A stretch of DNA of 64,000 nucleotides. Origin: Ignavibacteria bacterium. GTDB lineage: Bacteria > Bacteroidota > Ignavibacteria > Kapaibacteriales > Kapaibacteriaceae. The position numbers and the translations under genes are program-made. The notes below the pieces were generated by a model. That model worked only from the letters and a program-made list of their open reading frames with translations, was not told the DNA's origin and made no database searches. The stretch covers positions 89,192 through 153,191 of the forward strand of contig CANMBE010000002.1 of NCBI GenBank assembly GCA_947495975.1, written 5' to 3'. How positions within the stretch are numbered: position 1 is the stretch's first letter; every line of letters starts with the position of its first letter. Positions 40,514 to 50,915 of this stretch are shown here, piece after piece.

Positions 40514-41677
40514 GTGGTCATGAAATGGAATACGATCATTGGCCAAGACCGACTTCAACGGATGCTCCAGCGCTGCATCCTGGATAACCGTATTCCACAA
40601 GCGCTATTGCTCAATGGATTTGAAGGTTCAGGAACGGTGGCCCTCGCCCTGGCCTTTGCCAGAACAGTTAACTGTGAGCAACCCATAACAACAGCCGAAA
40701 CAATCGTGCCATGCGAACAATGCCATGCCTGTAAACAGTCAATCTCGCTGCAACACCCAAACATTCGCCTGATTACAGCCTTACCGGCAAAGAAAAAGGG
40801 CGAGACGCAGGATGTGCCAAAGGATGACGTGATCATGGAATTGCAAGGGGCTATCCATTCGCTCGCTCTTGATCCGTATACATCTCTTCGATTAGCGAAC
40901 GCAACCTCGATTCGTATTGCCCAGATTCGAGAATTGAAGCGGACATTGTCGCTGTCCGCGGCACAGAGTGGGCGTAGGGTTGTTATCATTCTTCATGCCG
41001 AAGAAATGAATGTGGAGGCTGCCAATTCGTTTTTGAAAACGCTGGAAGAACCGAACAATGATGTTACGATCATCCTCACAACGGAACGGCCAGAATCTCT
41101 GTTGCAAACAATTGTTTCGCGATGTCAGGAGTTAATTGTTCCTCCTCTTGATGATAGTGACATTGTGCAGGCACTTGTTGACCGTGGACTCTGCGACAGA
41201 GACGAAGCGCTCATCATTGCTCCGTTTGCACAAGGCAGTCTTCACAAAGCAGTTGACTACTTGTCAGACGATATGCGAGCTCTGCGAGAAACGGCTGTGG
41301 ATCTTCTTCGCACCGCGCTCAAAGGCAAAGATTATCGAAACGCCCTGACTGATGCCGTGCAAGAAGCATCAGAGAGTAGAAGCAAGTCACAAGCCGATGC
41401 AATTCTTTCTCTCCTGGCATTGTGGCTGAGAGATGCCTATGTTATTGCACGTGCAGGCGATGGAGCACCAATTGTGAATATCGATCATCGTGCCGCTCTG
41501 GAACGTTTTGCTGCCGCCTTTGGTGGTGCTGATTTTCCTGCCGTGCTGCAAACAATCGAACACGCTCACAGAGACCTTGCACGCAACGTGTCGATCTCTC
41601 TTGTTCTGCTCACTACCATGCTAGAGATTAGACGAGTGTTTGCTGCGACACGACTCAAGGACAAAGCTACCGAGTAA
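40514..41677 (+). CDS. holB: DNA polymerase III subunit delta'
   Basis: IIGQDRLQRMLQRCILDNRIPQALLLNGFEGSGTVALALAFARTVNCEQ plus a Zn-type CxxC. Confidence 0.7.
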   Translation: MVMKWNTIIGQDRLQRMLQRCILDNRIPQALLLNGFEGSGTVALALAFARTVNCEQPITTAETIVPCEQCHACKQSISLQHPNIRLITALPAKKKGETQDVPKDDVIMELQGAIHSLALDPYTSLRLANATSIRIAQIRELKRTLSLSAAQSGRRVVIILHAEEMNVEAANSFLKTLEEPNNDVTIILTTERPESLLQTIVSRCQELIVPPLDDSDIVQALVDRGLCDRDEALIIAPFAQGSLHKAVDYLSDDMRALRETAVDLLRTALKGKDYRNALTDAVQEASESRSKSQADAILSLLALWLRDAYVIARAGDGAPIVNIDHRAALERFAAAFGGADFPAVLQTIEHAHRDLARNVSISLVLLTTMLEIRRVFAATRLKDKATE

Positions 41678-41849
41678 AAACAGGCTTAGCCTTGTTTGGC
41701 ATTTTCGTTTGCTCAACATTCCAGGTCTATGGGCAAACTGACAATCTGCACATCCACACTGCCGTAACTGATTGGCGCGGGTGGCTCTCGGTTCAGATTG
41801 TACAGGTTGATGCTTCGAGCATATCACTGCTCGATATTTTGACGATATA

Positions 41850-43775
41850 CTAGCTTTTGAAGTCGGGCTCAGCGCTACGGGAATCTCTGCTAGTGGGGCA
41901 ACGGTCGGTAGGTCTGTGAAGTGTTGGGATTACCAATACATCGGCTCCACCAATATCAATTGTTACGTCATCCCGTTGAAGCGATACACCAGGCAAGACA
42001 GATGTGTATTGAAGGCTTGGAACTCGTGAAAGGGGCAATCGAACCGTACGCGAAACGCTAGAGATGTTTACAACAACAAGGATGCCGCACCTCGATCCAG
42101 GTAAACGTCTAAGAAACGCCACTACCTCTATATCATCAACGTCGAGACTTTCAATCGAATCGATGTCGCTCAATTGCCGAAGCACATTGAACGCAGCATA
42201 TTTCTTAACCTTCTCTTGAATCCACAGAGCTGTATCGATTCCCTCCTGCCATGGCAAGGGAGAATCGCTGAACAGTGCTAGCTTTTCCGGAGGATAGGCA
42301 TCCATCATTTCTTGAGTGAATCCGAGTCCGGTATTCACTGGTTTATCGTCATTAAGTTCAAGACCAGCGTGAAGTATGGAAAGTCCATGAGGGAGAAATC
42401 TCAGAAACAACAATAGCGCAATTCCTGCGCGGGGAGACATACGTGATGCTGCACGTTGCGTATTGTGAGACTCAGGAGCTGCGAAAAAACGTATGGGAAT
42501 ATCACCACGCGAAACACGCTCCACAAATGACGTCAGCTTCTTCGCATCATGAGCATCAAACGGAAGATATCCTACAACAGCATCATACCCCGCAGTACGT
42601 GATGAAGCCTCTAGTAGAAAATTCTCTTCAAGCAAGATGAAGTTAGGCTTTACGGTGCGACTCTCAGTGATTATCCGAGAACGAAGTTCCGATGGAAGCG
42701 CATGCCCCATGTCTATCATTGCTCCGTCAATACCGAACATCCGAATGTAGTGTGGTATGATTCCTGCAATAGTATTCCACAGCGAGGTTTGTCTGTAGGA
42801 AGGTTGGTCTAGCTCTCGCTCAAACATCCGAATGGTGTTATACGCCATATATCGGAATGAGGGATGGTCATGCATTCGCAAATACGTAACGTCTGACCAA
42901 GCCGGCTGCGGGTCATCTGGCGGCCAATCAGCGAATGCACCGGGAATGCGCAATACTTTGCCGCGTGCTCCTATGCCCTTCCAACCACGTTCATCTTTCT
43001 CTACACGCAGAGGCATGTGATCAAAGAGCTGTTGATACTTTTCTGCTGGTGCTGGTAGATCAACGTATACGGAACTCTCAATCATCGAATGCATCTCTGC
43101 AAGTGCATCTGGAGTGAAGACTGGTGAGCGGAATGAATCCATGGAACCAATCTGCTTTTCATCAACCCAATAGAACCATTCTGGGTGACCGTGCACGAGA
43201 TCACTGTCAATGCTTGCAGTGCGCAGAACAACTTCGAGAATGACCTTCATACCAAGGAGGTGACACGTTTCAACGAGCACACGTGCTTGATCATCAACAG
43301 ACATGTCAATGTTTGACTCAGCAAGATGTGGGTCAAGTCGAAACGGGTGTTTTGCAGCATACGGAGAACCAAGTGTTCCCTTTCTTCCAACGTCACCAAT
43401 CTCCGTTATTGGCAACAACACAAGTGTGTCAACACCGATGCCTTTCAAATAAGGCAGGAGCCCCATAAGCTTAAGAAAGGTGCCCGTTGATTTCCATCCA
43501 TCATTAACGGTGCCTTCACCGTGGTTAAAGGACGTTACATGTCGCACCATTCCGTTGTACGCTACAGCGCGCTCCAACGTCCACGTCCGCTGGTGGTCTC
43601 TACTTCTCCTGATGGTATCAATACGGCGAAGTTGATGCAACAAGTAAGAGGCACCCGAGTGAAATGTCACATCGGTATGCGCCCCTACCCAAGCGCCAGG
43701 CACGCTATAGGAATGCCACGTAGCATGTTCTTGTTCTTCCAAGAGTCCAATCAGTTTTCGCAGGAGAGGCGTCAA
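41850..43775 (-). CDS. glycoside hydrolase family 13 (alpha-amylase superfamily) protein, cytoplasmic
   Basis: GTFLKLMGLLPYLKGIGVDTLVLLPITE matches the GH13 region-I neighbourhood. No signal peptide. Confidence 0.65.
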   Translation of the reverse strand: MTPLLRKLIGLLEEQEHATWHSYSVPGAWVGAHTDVTFHSGASYLLHQLRRIDTIRRSRDHQRTWTLERAVAYNGMVRHVTSFNHGEGTVNDGWKSTGTFLKLMGLLPYLKGIGVDTLVLLPITEIGDVGRKGTLGSPYAAKHPFRLDPHLAESNIDMSVDDQARVLVETCHLLGMKVILEVVLRTASIDSDLVHGHPEWFYWVDEKQIGSMDSFRSPVFTPDALAEMHSMIESSVYVDLPAPAEKYQQLFDHMPLRVEKDERGWKGIGARGKVLRIPGAFADWPPDDPQPAWSDVTYLRMHDHPSFRYMAYNTIRMFERELDQPSYRQTSLWNTIAGIIPHYIRMFGIDGAMIDMGHALPSELRSRIITESRTVKPNFILLEENFLLEASSRTAGYDAVVGYLPFDAHDAKKLTSFVERVSRGDIPIRFFAAPESHNTQRAASRMSPRAGIALLLFLRFLPHGLSILHAGLELNDDKPVNTGLGFTQEMMDAYPPEKLALFSDSPLPWQEGIDTALWIQEKVKKYAAFNVLRQLSDIDSIESLDVDDIEVVAFLRRLPGSRCGILVVVNISSVSRTVRLPLSRVPSLQYTSVLPGVSLQRDDVTIDIGGADVLVIPTLHRPTDRCPTSRDSRSAEPDFKS

Positions 43776-45631
43776 GGGGCCACCTCCCGCGCGAGGTAGT
43801 GATCATGAATCTTTTTCGCAATCGCTTTACCAACAACATTTTCTAATACTGATAGCGGAGATGACCGAACTTGCTCAACCGATCCAATCACTGACAAGAG
43901 TTTCCTGGCTGTTGTTTCTCCAACGCCCGCGATATCCGTAAGCTCTGTGCGGAAGGTGCGTTTATCACGAAGTGTGCGATGATATCGAACAGCAAATCTA
44001 TGCGCTTCGTCTCGCGCTTGTTGTAATAGTCTGAGACTGCTAGAGACCTTTGGCAGGTAGAGTGGCGTTGTGCTTCCTGGAATGAACACTTCCTCGAGGC
44101 GCTTTGCGAGTCCGATGACCGTAAATGAACTCACAAGATTCAATTGTGAAAAGACTTCCATAGCGTGCGAAAGTTGACCCTTTCCACCGTCGATGATAAC
44201 CAGATCTGGAAGTTCTGTTCCTTCGTCAATAGCACGACCATATCTGCGCGTGATCACTTCCTTCATCGCCTCAAAGTCATCATTGCCTTCAACGGAGCGA
44301 ATCTTATAGTTCCTGTATTCGGATTTTTTTGGTTTCCCATCAACAAAAACAATCATCGACGAAACGTAGTCAGTTCCCTGGATGTGGGAATTATCGAAAC
44401 ATTCGATGCGTCTCGGCAGACGATCCATCCGTAGGTCTTGCTGCAAGGACATAACGGCACGAGGAACTGCCTGATCCTTGGTGGCTTGTTGCGTGAGCAA
44501 CTCACGAAGCAGCACATCAGCATTCATTTCAGCCATGGCAAGCAATTTGCGTTTGTCCCCAATCTTTGGAACAATGATCTCGACGGTCCTTCCACGTTTT
44601 TCTTTGATGAATTCTGCCAGCGTCTCTACGTCATCATATTCACATGGGATAAGCACTTCATCTGGGAAATGTTCTGCCTCAATGTACCAACGCTCTACTG
44701 CTGTTCGCACAATCTCTTGGTCATCTTGTTCACGCGAATTACTGATAAAGTAATGTCGCTTCCCTACGAGCTTGCCATCACGAATGATAAAGACCACCAT
44801 ACACGCCATGCTTTCAGCACGTGCAAGCGCAAAAACATCACGGTCAGCTTCGTCATTCGCCAATACTTTCTGTTTCTCGGTGTATTCTCTGAGGCGAAGG
44901 AGTCGCCCCCGAACAATTGCGGCATCTTCAAAGCGTAGTTCTTCGGCTAGAGACATCATACGTTCTTCGAGTTGACGCTCAAGGTCTCGTGTTCGCCCAT
45001 TGAGTACTTGTTGTGCCTGGCGAATGTACTCGTTGTATCGCTCCTGCGTTATGTGTGCCTGGCATGGACCTTCACACTTTTTTATGTGGTAGTCTAAGCA
45101 CACTTTCCAGCGTCCGGCAGCAATCGATGCTTCTGTGAGAGCTAGATCGCACGAACGCAGAGGAAAGATTGACCGCAATGACTTCATCAACGAGTAGAGG
45201 TACGTGCCATCTGTGTAGGGGCCAAAATACTTGCTACCGTCGCGCACTACACGCCGTGTCTTAAAGACCCGTGGATACTCTTCCTTCGTGATGCGGATGT
45301 ACGGATAAGACTTATCGTCCTTCAGGAGGATGTTGTACTTCGGACGGTGTTCCTTGATAAGAGTGTTCTCAAGGATCAGTGCTTCAACCTCTGTGTCAGT
45401 GACGATGACCTCGATGTCGGCAATCTTCCGTACCAAAGCCTTTGTCTTTGCGTCAACAGGGCGACCCATTTGGAAATAGGATCGGACGCGATTGCGAAGA
45501 CTCTTTGCTTTTCCAACGTAAATGATTTGCCCATCCACATCCTTATGCAGATAGACCCCCGGCTTGGTAGGCAGGCCGGATATCTTCTTCAACAAGGCGT
45601 CTGAAAGAAGGGTTAGGTCGGTTTCCATCAC
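43772..45631 (-). CDS. uvrC: excinuclease ABC subunit C
   Basis: GIY-YIG (GVYLHKDVDGQIIYVGKAKSLRNRVRSY), UvrBC and RNaseH-like/HhH domains. Confidence 0.95.
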   Translation of the reverse strand: MMETDLTLLSDALLKKISGLPTKPGVYLHKDVDGQIIYVGKAKSLRNRVRSYFQMGRPVDAKTKALVRKIADIEVIVTDTEVEALILENTLIKEHRPKYNILLKDDKSYPYIRITKEEYPRVFKTRRVVRDGSKYFGPYTDGTYLYSLMKSLRSIFPLRSCDLALTEASIAAGRWKVCLDYHIKKCEGPCQAHITQERYNEYIRQAQQVLNGRTRDLERQLEERMMSLAEELRFEDAAIVRGRLLRLREYTEKQKVLANDEADRDVFALARAESMACMVVFIIRDGKLVGKRHYFISNSREQDDQEIVRTAVERWYIEAEHFPDEVLIPCEYDDVETLAEFIKEKRGRTVEIIVPKIGDKRKLLAMAEMNADVLLRELLTQQATKDQAVPRAVMSLQQDLRMDRLPRRIECFDNSHIQGTDYVSSMIVFVDGKPKKSEYRNYKIRSVEGNDDFEAMKEVITRRYGRAIDEGTELPDLVIIDGGKGQLSHAMEVFSQLNLVSSFTVIGLAKRLEEVFIPGSTTPLYLPKVSSSLRLLQQARDEAHRFAVRYHRTLRDKRTFRTELTDIAGVGETTARKLLSVIGSVEQVRSSPLSVLENVVGKAIAKKIHDHYLAREVAP

Positions 45632-45707
45632 CGCAAAGGTACCGCAATTCGTGCGACCTCATTGCACGGCGCGTATATTGTGCAAGGTTCACAATGGGAG
45701 GTTCTTC

Positions 45708-47024
45708 GTGCAGCAGGAAACGGACGTCATACACTCCATTGAGGAGATAGCCAAGCAGCTTAAGGATGCTGCGTGGTTCATTGGTCAGCGAGTGATCAAC
45801 AGAGAAGAGGTTATTGAGCAAGCGTTTTGCGCGCTCCTCACTGCAGAGCACATTCTACTTCAAAGCAGAACAGGCGCAGGAAAATCGCTTTTGGCCGAGC
45901 AGATATTCAGCATGTTCGAGGGCTCGCGTCTGTTTCGAGTGCAGGCAAGTAAAGAGCAACAACCCGATACGTTCTTTGGCGGACTCGATCTTGAAGAACT
46001 CAAGGCTGGACGCATCATACACAATACCAAGGGCTCACTTGTTGAGAGTGACTTTGGTTTCATTGATGAAATTTTTGACGCCAATGATTTTACGCTTCGA
46101 GCTTTGCTATCACTCCTTAATGAACGCCGCCTCTTGCGTGGTCTACAAGATGTTGCCTCCCCACTTCACTCTGTGATCGCAGCCACCAACTACCTGCGTG
46201 TGAGCGAAGTAACAGAAGCACTTCTCGACAGATTCCTTTTCAAAGCCGTTATCCTACCAGATAAAGACCCCTTTATCCAGTATCAGATATCACAGCGATA
46301 TCTCATCTACGGAGGGAAGACAGCTGAACCCGTGAAGCGTATTCCGCTGCTTCGACTGCAGCACATGCATAAGATCATTACCGGTAGAAGTGCTGACTTT
46401 CAGATTTCGATTACCAATGAATTGTTGTACTTCACCAACATCGTGATCAGACACTTTGAGTTCTTGCGCAACAGACAGCTGAGTGAACATGCTAAACGAG
46501 GTGATGGAGTAGACTTCTACATTTCACCGCGTACCCAGGCAAAGTCTCTCGATCTGTTGCGTGCATTGGCTCTGTTGAAGGGGCGCACCAATGTTGTGCA
46601 TGACGATGTGAGTCAGCTCTACTTCATCTTTGCCACTGTTGGCCTTCCGGAGGAGGTGGCGTTGTTCAAGAAGGCATACACAACGGTGTTGAATTCACTT
46701 ACTGCCTCTCGTGGATTTGACCAAGTGACAATCTTGTTGGACTTCACAGAGCTGCTACGGGAGATCAAGGAGAATCCGAAGCTCATGTTGGAGCCCCTTT
46801 CCAAGTTTGCAGACTCACCAGTGCGTCGCTCATTCCTAGACTGGGTGAAGGAGAAGTTTAGCAGCGAACAACCGAGGGATCAGAATCGCAAGGTACTTGA
46901 GGCATTCTTGTTGGATTTTGTGCCCGTGTGCGACGAAGTGCGTGAACTGAAGAATTCTGTTGAAAAATCGCTGCAGCAGACGATGATAATTGCTGAGCGT
47001 GAGCTCCAACGACTCAAAGCATAG
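45708..47024 (+). CDS. RavA/MoxR-like AAA+ ATPase
   Basis: Walker A SRTGAGKS, Walker B FGFIDEIFDANDFTLRALLSLLNERR (close to the RavA FLDEI...LLTAINER pattern), sensor IAATN and ALLDRF. A probable GTG start has GGGAGG 6 nt upstream. Confidence 0.6.
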   Translation: MQQETDVIHSIEEIAKQLKDAAWFIGQRVINREEVIEQAFCALLTAEHILLQSRTGAGKSLLAEQIFSMFEGSRLFRVQASKEQQPDTFFGGLDLEELKAGRIIHNTKGSLVESDFGFIDEIFDANDFTLRALLSLLNERRLLRGLQDVASPLHSVIAATNYLRVSEVTEALLDRFLFKAVILPDKDPFIQYQISQRYLIYGGKTAEPVKRIPLLRLQHMHKIITGRSADFQISITNELLYFTNIVIRHFEFLRNRQLSEHAKRGDGVDFYISPRTQAKSLDLLRALALLKGRTNVVHDDVSQLYFIFATVGLPEEVALFKKAYTTVLNSLTASRGFDQVTILLDFTELLREIKENPKLMLEPLSKFADSPVRRSFLDWVKEKFSSEQPRDQNRKVLEAFLLDFVPVCDEVRELKNSVEKSLQQTMIIAERELQRLKA

Positions 47025-47027
47025 GGT

Positions 47028-48584
47028 ATGTCGCGCTCGTCCATCGAACTTTCATCATTCTTCTCCAGCATGGAGCAGTATGGGTTCTTTGACACCGTTG
47101 AGAAACATTTGCCTGAGGAGTTTACGATCATCTATGAGATTGCGCGAATCCTTGAGGATAAAACGCATTCAATTTCGCGAGCAATGGCTCCTATTCTAGA
47201 ATTGAATGATCCGTCAACAGCCGAGAATGCGCTTGATCAGATATTGATTCCAAACATTCCCGAGGCAAAAGAATTTGAAGCAGATCTTATTCGCAGTGTG
47301 ACGGACGTGCGCTATATCTATCCTGCGCAGCATCTGTTGCCCGAGATTGTCTTCTTACGTCGGTTAGCCGAGCGGTCTTTGTGGATGCCACGTGCACGCT
47401 CACCACGAAACTACCGTTATCAAACAGAAAGCGATCGCTTTGCACCTGACGATCGAAAGCAAAAGGTGTACATCCTTTTTGATACATCAAGCTCGATGCG
47501 TCAGAACTATCGCATTCATTTGGCAAAGGCAATTGTTTATTTGTTCTTGCAGCAAAACCAGCGCGAGCTTGGCACAATTTTCTTCAGAACGTTTGATCTT
47601 ACTGTTGGGCCACTACGGACAGCGCGAGACGTGCCTTCGTACGATAGTCTTATCAGCGATGTGATGCACATCAACGCCATTGGAAACGGCACCGTGCTAC
47701 AGAAAGCACTGCAAACAGCTGTAGATGACATTGCTCATGAAAGTCAACTAAGTCATGCACAGATCCTTGTAGTAACCGATGGTGTAGCGCATATTGATCT
47801 CGACAGACTTCGCGAGCAAATGGGAGACCAGATTACAGTGAACACCGTAAAGATCGGTCATGCACGGATGCATATTGATGCAAAAGTGATCGAGGACCAG
47901 GTCTTTCAGTCATCGAGTGATGAAACCGTGCGGTTACGGGAATTAGTGAAGCAAAAGCGCGACTTAGAGCTCCAGATATCTACTGCCGCTGGACATTTAC
48001 GTCAAGAAGCACTACGTTCTCAACTCGGTGTGATTCTACGTCAGATTGAGTCGCTCACTGAGCGGCTTGGGAGTTTTGTCTCTGAGCACTATGGGCTTGA
48101 GATTCAAAAGCTAAGCACCGTCTACGTAAACGTGGATGACATTTCGCCTGAAGAGATGTTCTCTTTGCCCGAAGAGAAAGTTTCTGAACTAGAAGACCTC
48201 GCCGAGTCACTTCTCAAAGCACTCCGCGAAGAACGTCAAGTAGAAGACATCAAGAGAGCCGCCGTGCTCTACGATCATTTGATGTTGCTCATGAAGTATA
48301 ACAAGGTGGATGCATCACGCTTTGACAAGGCGGCAAAAGAACTAGAGCAAATGCTTGATGCAATCCTTAACAAACCCACATCGGGCGTAGACGACATGTC
48401 GATCAGCGACCTCGAGCGAATTCAACTAAGAAACATGCTCGATTCAGGCAGCTTTAGCAACTCCTTCTCACTGGCACGTATCCTTCGTCTGCTCTGGGTA
48501 AAGGGTACACGCTGGTGGCTCGGACGCAAGCAGTTCAAAACGTTTAGAGCGATAACAGGGAAGAAGATTCAGAGGAGAACGTAG
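47028..48584 (+). CDS. ViaA-like von Willebrand factor A protein with a coiled-coil C-terminus
   Basis: MIDAS DTSSSM ... NGT ... VVTDG. The start lies 4 nt after the ATPase stop. Confidence 0.6.
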   Translation: MSRSSIELSSFFSSMEQYGFFDTVEKHLPEEFTIIYEIARILEDKTHSISRAMAPILELNDPSTAENALDQILIPNIPEAKEFEADLIRSVTDVRYIYPAQHLLPEIVFLRRLAERSLWMPRARSPRNYRYQTESDRFAPDDRKQKVYILFDTSSSMRQNYRIHLAKAIVYLFLQQNQRELGTIFFRTFDLTVGPLRTARDVPSYDSLISDVMHINAIGNGTVLQKALQTAVDDIAHESQLSHAQILVVTDGVAHIDLDRLREQMGDQITVNTVKIGHARMHIDAKVIEDQVFQSSSDETVRLRELVKQKRDLELQISTAAGHLRQEALRSQLGVILRQIESLTERLGSFVSEHYGLEIQKLSTVYVNVDDISPEEMFSLPEEKVSELEDLAESLLKALREERQVEDIKRAAVLYDHLMLLMKYNKVDASRFDKAAKELEQMLDAILNKPTSGVDDMSISDLERIQLRNMLDSGSFSNSFSLARILRLLWVKGTRWWLGRKQFKTFRAITGKKIQRRT

Positions 48585-48597
48585 GGCCTCCCCCTAC

Positions 48598-49944
48598 TCA
48601 AACATCCTTAGGCACTACACTCGCTCTTCCAACAGAGTGATATTCAAAGCCATCTGCTGCCATGTCTTCGAGATCATACATGTTGCGACCATCAAAGATT
48701 AAGGGGCGCATGAGCAGGCTCTTCATACGCAGTACGTCGGGTTTGCGGAATTCATTCCACTCGGTGGCAATAACCAATGCGTCCGCTCCATCAATAGCGT
48801 CGTACGGTGATGTTGCATACGTTACACGCTCGCCAAGGACGCGGCGTGCAGATTCGCGGGCTTCAGGGTCATAAGCGTGCACAACGGCGCCGGCTGAGAG
48901 CAATGCTTCGATAATGACAAAGGCTGGCGCCTCGCGGACGTCATCAGTGTTAGGCTTAAACGATAAGCCCCATACCCCTATGATTCGTCCACTGAGGTTG
49001 CCGTCGAACCGACGGAATATCCGATCGATAAATCGCAGGACCTGGCGGTCGTTAACGTGTTTTGATGCTTGAACAATTTCTAGTGGAGCGCCTGCCTCAT
49101 TTGCTGCATGGATGATGGCCTTTACGTCCTTGGGGAAACAGCTACCGCCATATCCGATTCCGGAAAAGAGAAATCGCTTCCCTATCCTACCGTCGGTCCC
49201 AATACCTAGTCTGATTTTTTCAATATCAGCGCCAACTGTTTCGCAATATTCTGAAAGATCGTTCATGAAGGAAATCTTGGTAGCGAGATATGCATTAGCA
49301 GCGTACTTCGTTACCTCAGCACTCTTTTCGTCGAAGATTAAGATAGGCGCGCCGCCACGTACGAATGGTTCGTAGAGCTCCTTGAGAATTTCTGCTGCGT
49401 AGAGGCTTGATGTACCAACCACAACGCGGTCAGGCTTCATAAAGTCGTCAACGGCAAAACCCTCGCGAAGGAATTCTGGGTTGCTCACTACGTCAACCCG
49501 TCGCTCAGGCGCAACGGATGCAAACACCGCAGCTACCCGGCTGGTTGTACCAACTGGAACGGTGCTCTTATTGATAACAATGCGAGGCTGTGTGATATTG
49601 TGTTCATTCAAAAGCTCGCCTACGCGGTGGGCTGTTGCCATCACCTGCTCTAGGTCTGCTTGTCCGTCTTTGCCCGGAGGTGTAGGCAGACAGAACATGA
49701 GTATCTCGCATGTGCGTATGGCCTGCGACAGGTCAAGCGAAAACGTAATACGCTTTTCGCGAATGTTACGCTGGAGCACTACCTCCAGGCCAGGCTCATA
49801 GATCGGGATGTCTCCCTTGCTGAGGCGCGAGACTTTTTCTGGGTCTACGTCGATACAGAGAACTGTATTGCCGACATCGGCTAGGCATGTTCCGGTGACT
49901 AGACCAACGTACCCCGTACCGATAACGGCTATGCGATAAGACAT
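48598..49944 (-). CDS. ugd: UDP-glucose 6-dehydrogenase
   Basis: IAVIGTGYVGLVTGTCLA Rossmann fold and a catalytic Cys region (GYGGSCFPKD). Confidence 0.9.
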   Translation of the reverse strand: MSYRIAVIGTGYVGLVTGTCLADVGNTVLCIDVDPEKVSRLSKGDIPIYEPGLEVVLQRNIREKRITFSLDLSQAIRTCEILMFCLPTPPGKDGQADLEQVMATAHRVGELLNEHNITQPRIVINKSTVPVGTTSRVAAVFASVAPERRVDVVSNPEFLREGFAVDDFMKPDRVVVGTSSLYAAEILKELYEPFVRGGAPILIFDEKSAEVTKYAANAYLATKISFMNDLSEYCETVGADIEKIRLGIGTDGRIGKRFLFSGIGYGGSCFPKDVKAIIHAANEAGAPLEIVQASKHVNDRQVLRFIDRIFRRFDGNLSGRIIGVWGLSFKPNTDDVREAPAFVIIEALLSAGAVVHAYDPEARESARRVLGERVTYATSPYDAIDGADALVIATEWNEFRKPDVLRMKSLLMRPLIFDGRNMYDLEDMAADGFEYHSVGRASVVPKDV

Positions 49945-49983
49945 TGATGCTGCGCTAAGTGTGTAAAATGCAAAGGGGCTCTA

Positions 49984-50163
49984 TCAGAGTTCACGAATAA
50001 CGTACCGAACCACAAAGATGAGGATGAGTAAGATGGCTACCAAAATGCCAAGCTTTACAAGCCGCTTTATTATGGCAAGAAGCAGGAGAATTCCTAGTGC
50101 AACCACTGCAAACTTGCCAAGTGGATGTAGCCCTGTATAAAGAATTGTTAGGTCTTGTATCAC
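49984..50163 (-). CDS. 59-aa predicted 2-TM mini membrane protein, coupled to the tonB stop (GTGA overlap)
   Basis: Hand translation: (M)IQDLTILYTGLHPLGKFAVVALGILLLLAIIKRLVKLGILVAILLILIFVVRYVIREL. Below the ORF-track cutoff. GTG start. Confidence 0.3.
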   Translation of the reverse strand: MIQDLTILYTGLHPLGKFAVVALGILLLLAIIKRLVKLGILVAILLILIFVVRYVIREL

Positions 50164-50915
50164 GAGTTTTTGAACACGAATGTAATAGTGCCTTCCATCT
50201 CAACGCCTGATGAAAGCTTGTTGAACCGCCATTGTTTTAAAACGCGCATTGCCTCTTGATCAACAATAGGGTTCCCACCCTTTCTCACTGGCCAAACCAA
50301 ACTAACGGATCCGTCAGACAGCACTCGGAATTTGAGCTTTACGGCTGTATTCATCGTGCCAGGAGGGAATTTCGGCAGAACTCGGCTTACTACAGTGCGG
50401 TTGCCACCTCCACCCCAGTCGATGGCCTCGTTACCTAAGCCCTTGCCTGTGCCAGTACCTACCCAACCTAGACCGGAAGCATCATCTTTTCCATCTGTGG
50501 TGCCAACGGTCCTATCTGCAGCCTCACCTTCATGCGGTTTTCCATCCTTGCCAATGTTCTTGGCCGGAATGAGTTTCGCCGATTGAGTTGGGTCGGTCTC
50601 GCGGACTTTTCCCGATGAAGAAGCTGATCGCTGCGCATCTTCCAACGGATTTTGTGTTTCTTTCCCGCGTTGTGAGGCCCCTTCCCGTGAGAGATTCCCT
50701 TTGCGTCCACCTGTGCCATCTCCTTCACCAAAAACCATTAGCTCAAAAGGCGTTGTCCTTCGCGAGCTATATGGTTCAGGGGGCGTATAGCGTGTACACA
50801 TGGATACCAAGAGCACAATGGCCATGATGATTGATGCCGCAATAAACCCTCGCACCGCATTCGGATTCCATTCGAAGCGGAGCTGAACTGAAGGGATATC
50901 GTGATATCGACTCAT
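50160..50915 (-). CDS. TonB-family energy transducer
   Basis: N-terminal TM, Gly/Pro-rich linker and TonB C-terminal domain (AVKLKFRVLSDGSVSLVWPVRKGGNPIVDQEAMRVLKQWRF). Confidence 0.6.
   Translation of the reverse strand: MSRYHDIPSVQLRFEWNPNAVRGFIAASIIMAIVLLVSMCTRYTPPEPYSSRRTTPFELMVFGEGDGTGGRKGNLSREGASQRGKETQNPLEDAQRSASSSGKVRETDPTQSAKLIPAKNIGKDGKPHEGEAADRTVGTTDGKDDASGLGWVGTGTGKGLGNEAIDWGGGGNRTVVSRVLPKFPPGTMNTAVKLKFRVLSDGSVSLVWPVRKGGNPIVDQEAMRVLKQWRFNKLSSGVEMEGTITFVFKNS

Noticed and set aside
49991-50203. 70-aa minus-strand ORF from the track (MRWKALLHSCSK...)
   Set aside because: A different frame in the same spacer gives a much more protein-like 59-aa 2-TM peptide coupled to the tonB stop, so the track ORF is probably spurious.
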